A program made the translations under genes and the position numbers. DNA of 64,000 nt from Dicyema japonicum (lineage: Eukaryota; Animalia; Dicyemida), in contig RDEW01000013.1 in NCBI GenBank assembly GCA_011109175.1, positions 413,476-477,475 of the forward strand, read 5' to 3'. Positions 62,401 to 64,000 of the stretch are shown here, one piece after another. The first letter of the stretch is position 1; every line of letters starts with the position of its first letter. Under the pieces are notes generated by a model, which saw nothing but the letters and a program-made list of their open reading frames with translations, made no database searches and was not told the DNA's origin.

Positions 62401-64000
62401 TAAGTGTAACATTTTTCCTAATAAATAAATAATGTGAATAAGTGTAACATTTTTCCTAATAAATAAATAATGTGAATAAGTGTAACATTTTTCCTAATAA
62501 ATAAATAATGTGAATAAGTGTAACATTTTTCCTAATAAATAAATAATGTGAATAAGTGTAACATTTTTCCTAATAAATAAATAATGTGAATAAGTGTAAC
62601 ATTTTTCCTAATAAATAAATAATGTGAATAAGTGGAGCATTTTTCCTAATAAATAAATAATGTGAATAAGTGGAGCATTTTTCCTAATAAATAAATAATG
62701 TGAATAAGTGTAACATTTTTCCTAATAAATAAATAATGTGAATAAGTGTAACATTTTTCCTAATAAATAAATAATGTGAATAAGTGGAACATTTTTCCTA
62801 ATAAATAAATAATGTGAATAAGTGGAACATTTTTCCTAATAAATAAATAATGTGAATAAGTGGAGCATTTTTCCTAATAAATAAATAATGTGAATAAGTG
62901 GAACATTTTTCCTAATAAATAAATAATGTGAATAAGTGGAACATTTTTCCTAATAAATAAATAATGTGAATAAGTGGAACATTTTTCCTAATAAATAAAT
63001 AATGTGAATAAGTGGAACATTTTTCCTAATAAATAAATAATGTGAATAAGTGGAACATTTTTCCTAATAAATAAATAATGTGAATAAGTGGAACATTTTT
63101 CCTAATAAATAAATAATGTGAATAAGTGGAACATTTTCCTAATAAATAAATAATGTGAATAAGTGGAACATTTTTCCTAATAAATAAATAATGTGAATAA
63201 GTGGAACATTTTTCCTAATAAATAAATAATGTGAATAAGTGGAACATTTTTCCTAATAAATAAATAATGTGAATAAGTGGAACATTTTTCCTTAATAAAT
63301 AAATAATGTGAATAAGTGGAACATTTTTCCTAAAAATAAATAATGTGAATAAGTAACATTTTTCCTAATAAATAAATAATGTGAATAAGTGGAACATTTT
63401 TCCTAATAAATAAATAATGTGAATAAGTGGAACATTTTTCCTAATAAATAAATAATGTGAATAAGTAACATTTTTCCTAATAAATAAATAATGTGAATAA
63501 GTGGAACATTTTTCCTAATAAATAAATAATGTGAATAAGTGGAACATTTTTCCTAATAAATAAATAATGTGAATAAGTGGAACATTTTTCCTAATAAATA
63601 AATAATGTGAATAAGTGGAACATTTTTCCTAATAAATAAATAATGTGAATAAGTAACATTTTTCCTAATAAATAAATAATGTGAATAAGTGGAACATTTT
63701 TCCTAATAAATAAATAATGTGAATAAGTGGACATTTTTCCTAATAAATAAATAATGTGAATAAGTGGAACATTTTTCCTAATAAATAAATAATGTGAATA
63801 AGTGGAACATTTTTCCTAATAAATAAATAATGTGAATAAGTAACATTTTTCCTAATAAATAAATAATGTGAATAAGTGGAACTAATAAATAAATAATGTG
63901 AATAAGTGGAACATTTTTCCTAATAAATAAATAATGTGAATAAGTGGAACATTTTTCCTAATAAATAAATAATGTGAATAAGTGGAACATTTTTCCTAAT
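59433..64000. repeat. 38-bp tandem satellite (AATAAATAAATAATGTGAATAAGTGGAACATTTTTCCT)n, about 120 units, runs off the window end
   Basis: Directly visible tandem array. Confidence 0.99.

Noticed and set aside
59433-64000. CRISPR array or coding ORF (61056-61238)
   Set aside because: Units are contiguous with no unique spacers; the ORF is a by-product of the repeat.

Overview
AT-rich eukaryotic (animal-like) genomic DNA. Host genes carry many very short GT-AG introns (about 22-26 nt); together with a divergent rDNA this suggests a dicyemid mesozoan (inference, not verified). Host genes recognised: CLASP (partial), HADHA, a tandem C-type lectin, GUCD1, UFD2/UBE4, NOL9, UCH-L3-like and CDK2AP1-like, plus three unannotated candidate genes. 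These genes sit as islands between piles of nested transposons: CRE-clade RT+RLE retrotransposons, RTE and I/Jockey-group LINEs, Tc1, Tigger/pogo, hAT, a tRNA-derived SINE and a second unclassified structured repeat. There is one defective rDNA unit (18S with an internal deletion, 5.8S, truncated 28S), and the window ends in more than 4.5 kb of a 38-bp satellite. The most notable observation is a family of CRE-type retrotransposons with an N-terminal PHD finger: two full-length copies with TSDs and one decayed 5' piece, and no shared target sequence. Many frameshifts fall in homopolymer runs and may be sequencing errors. TE boundaries are approximate unless a TSD or TIR is quoted.
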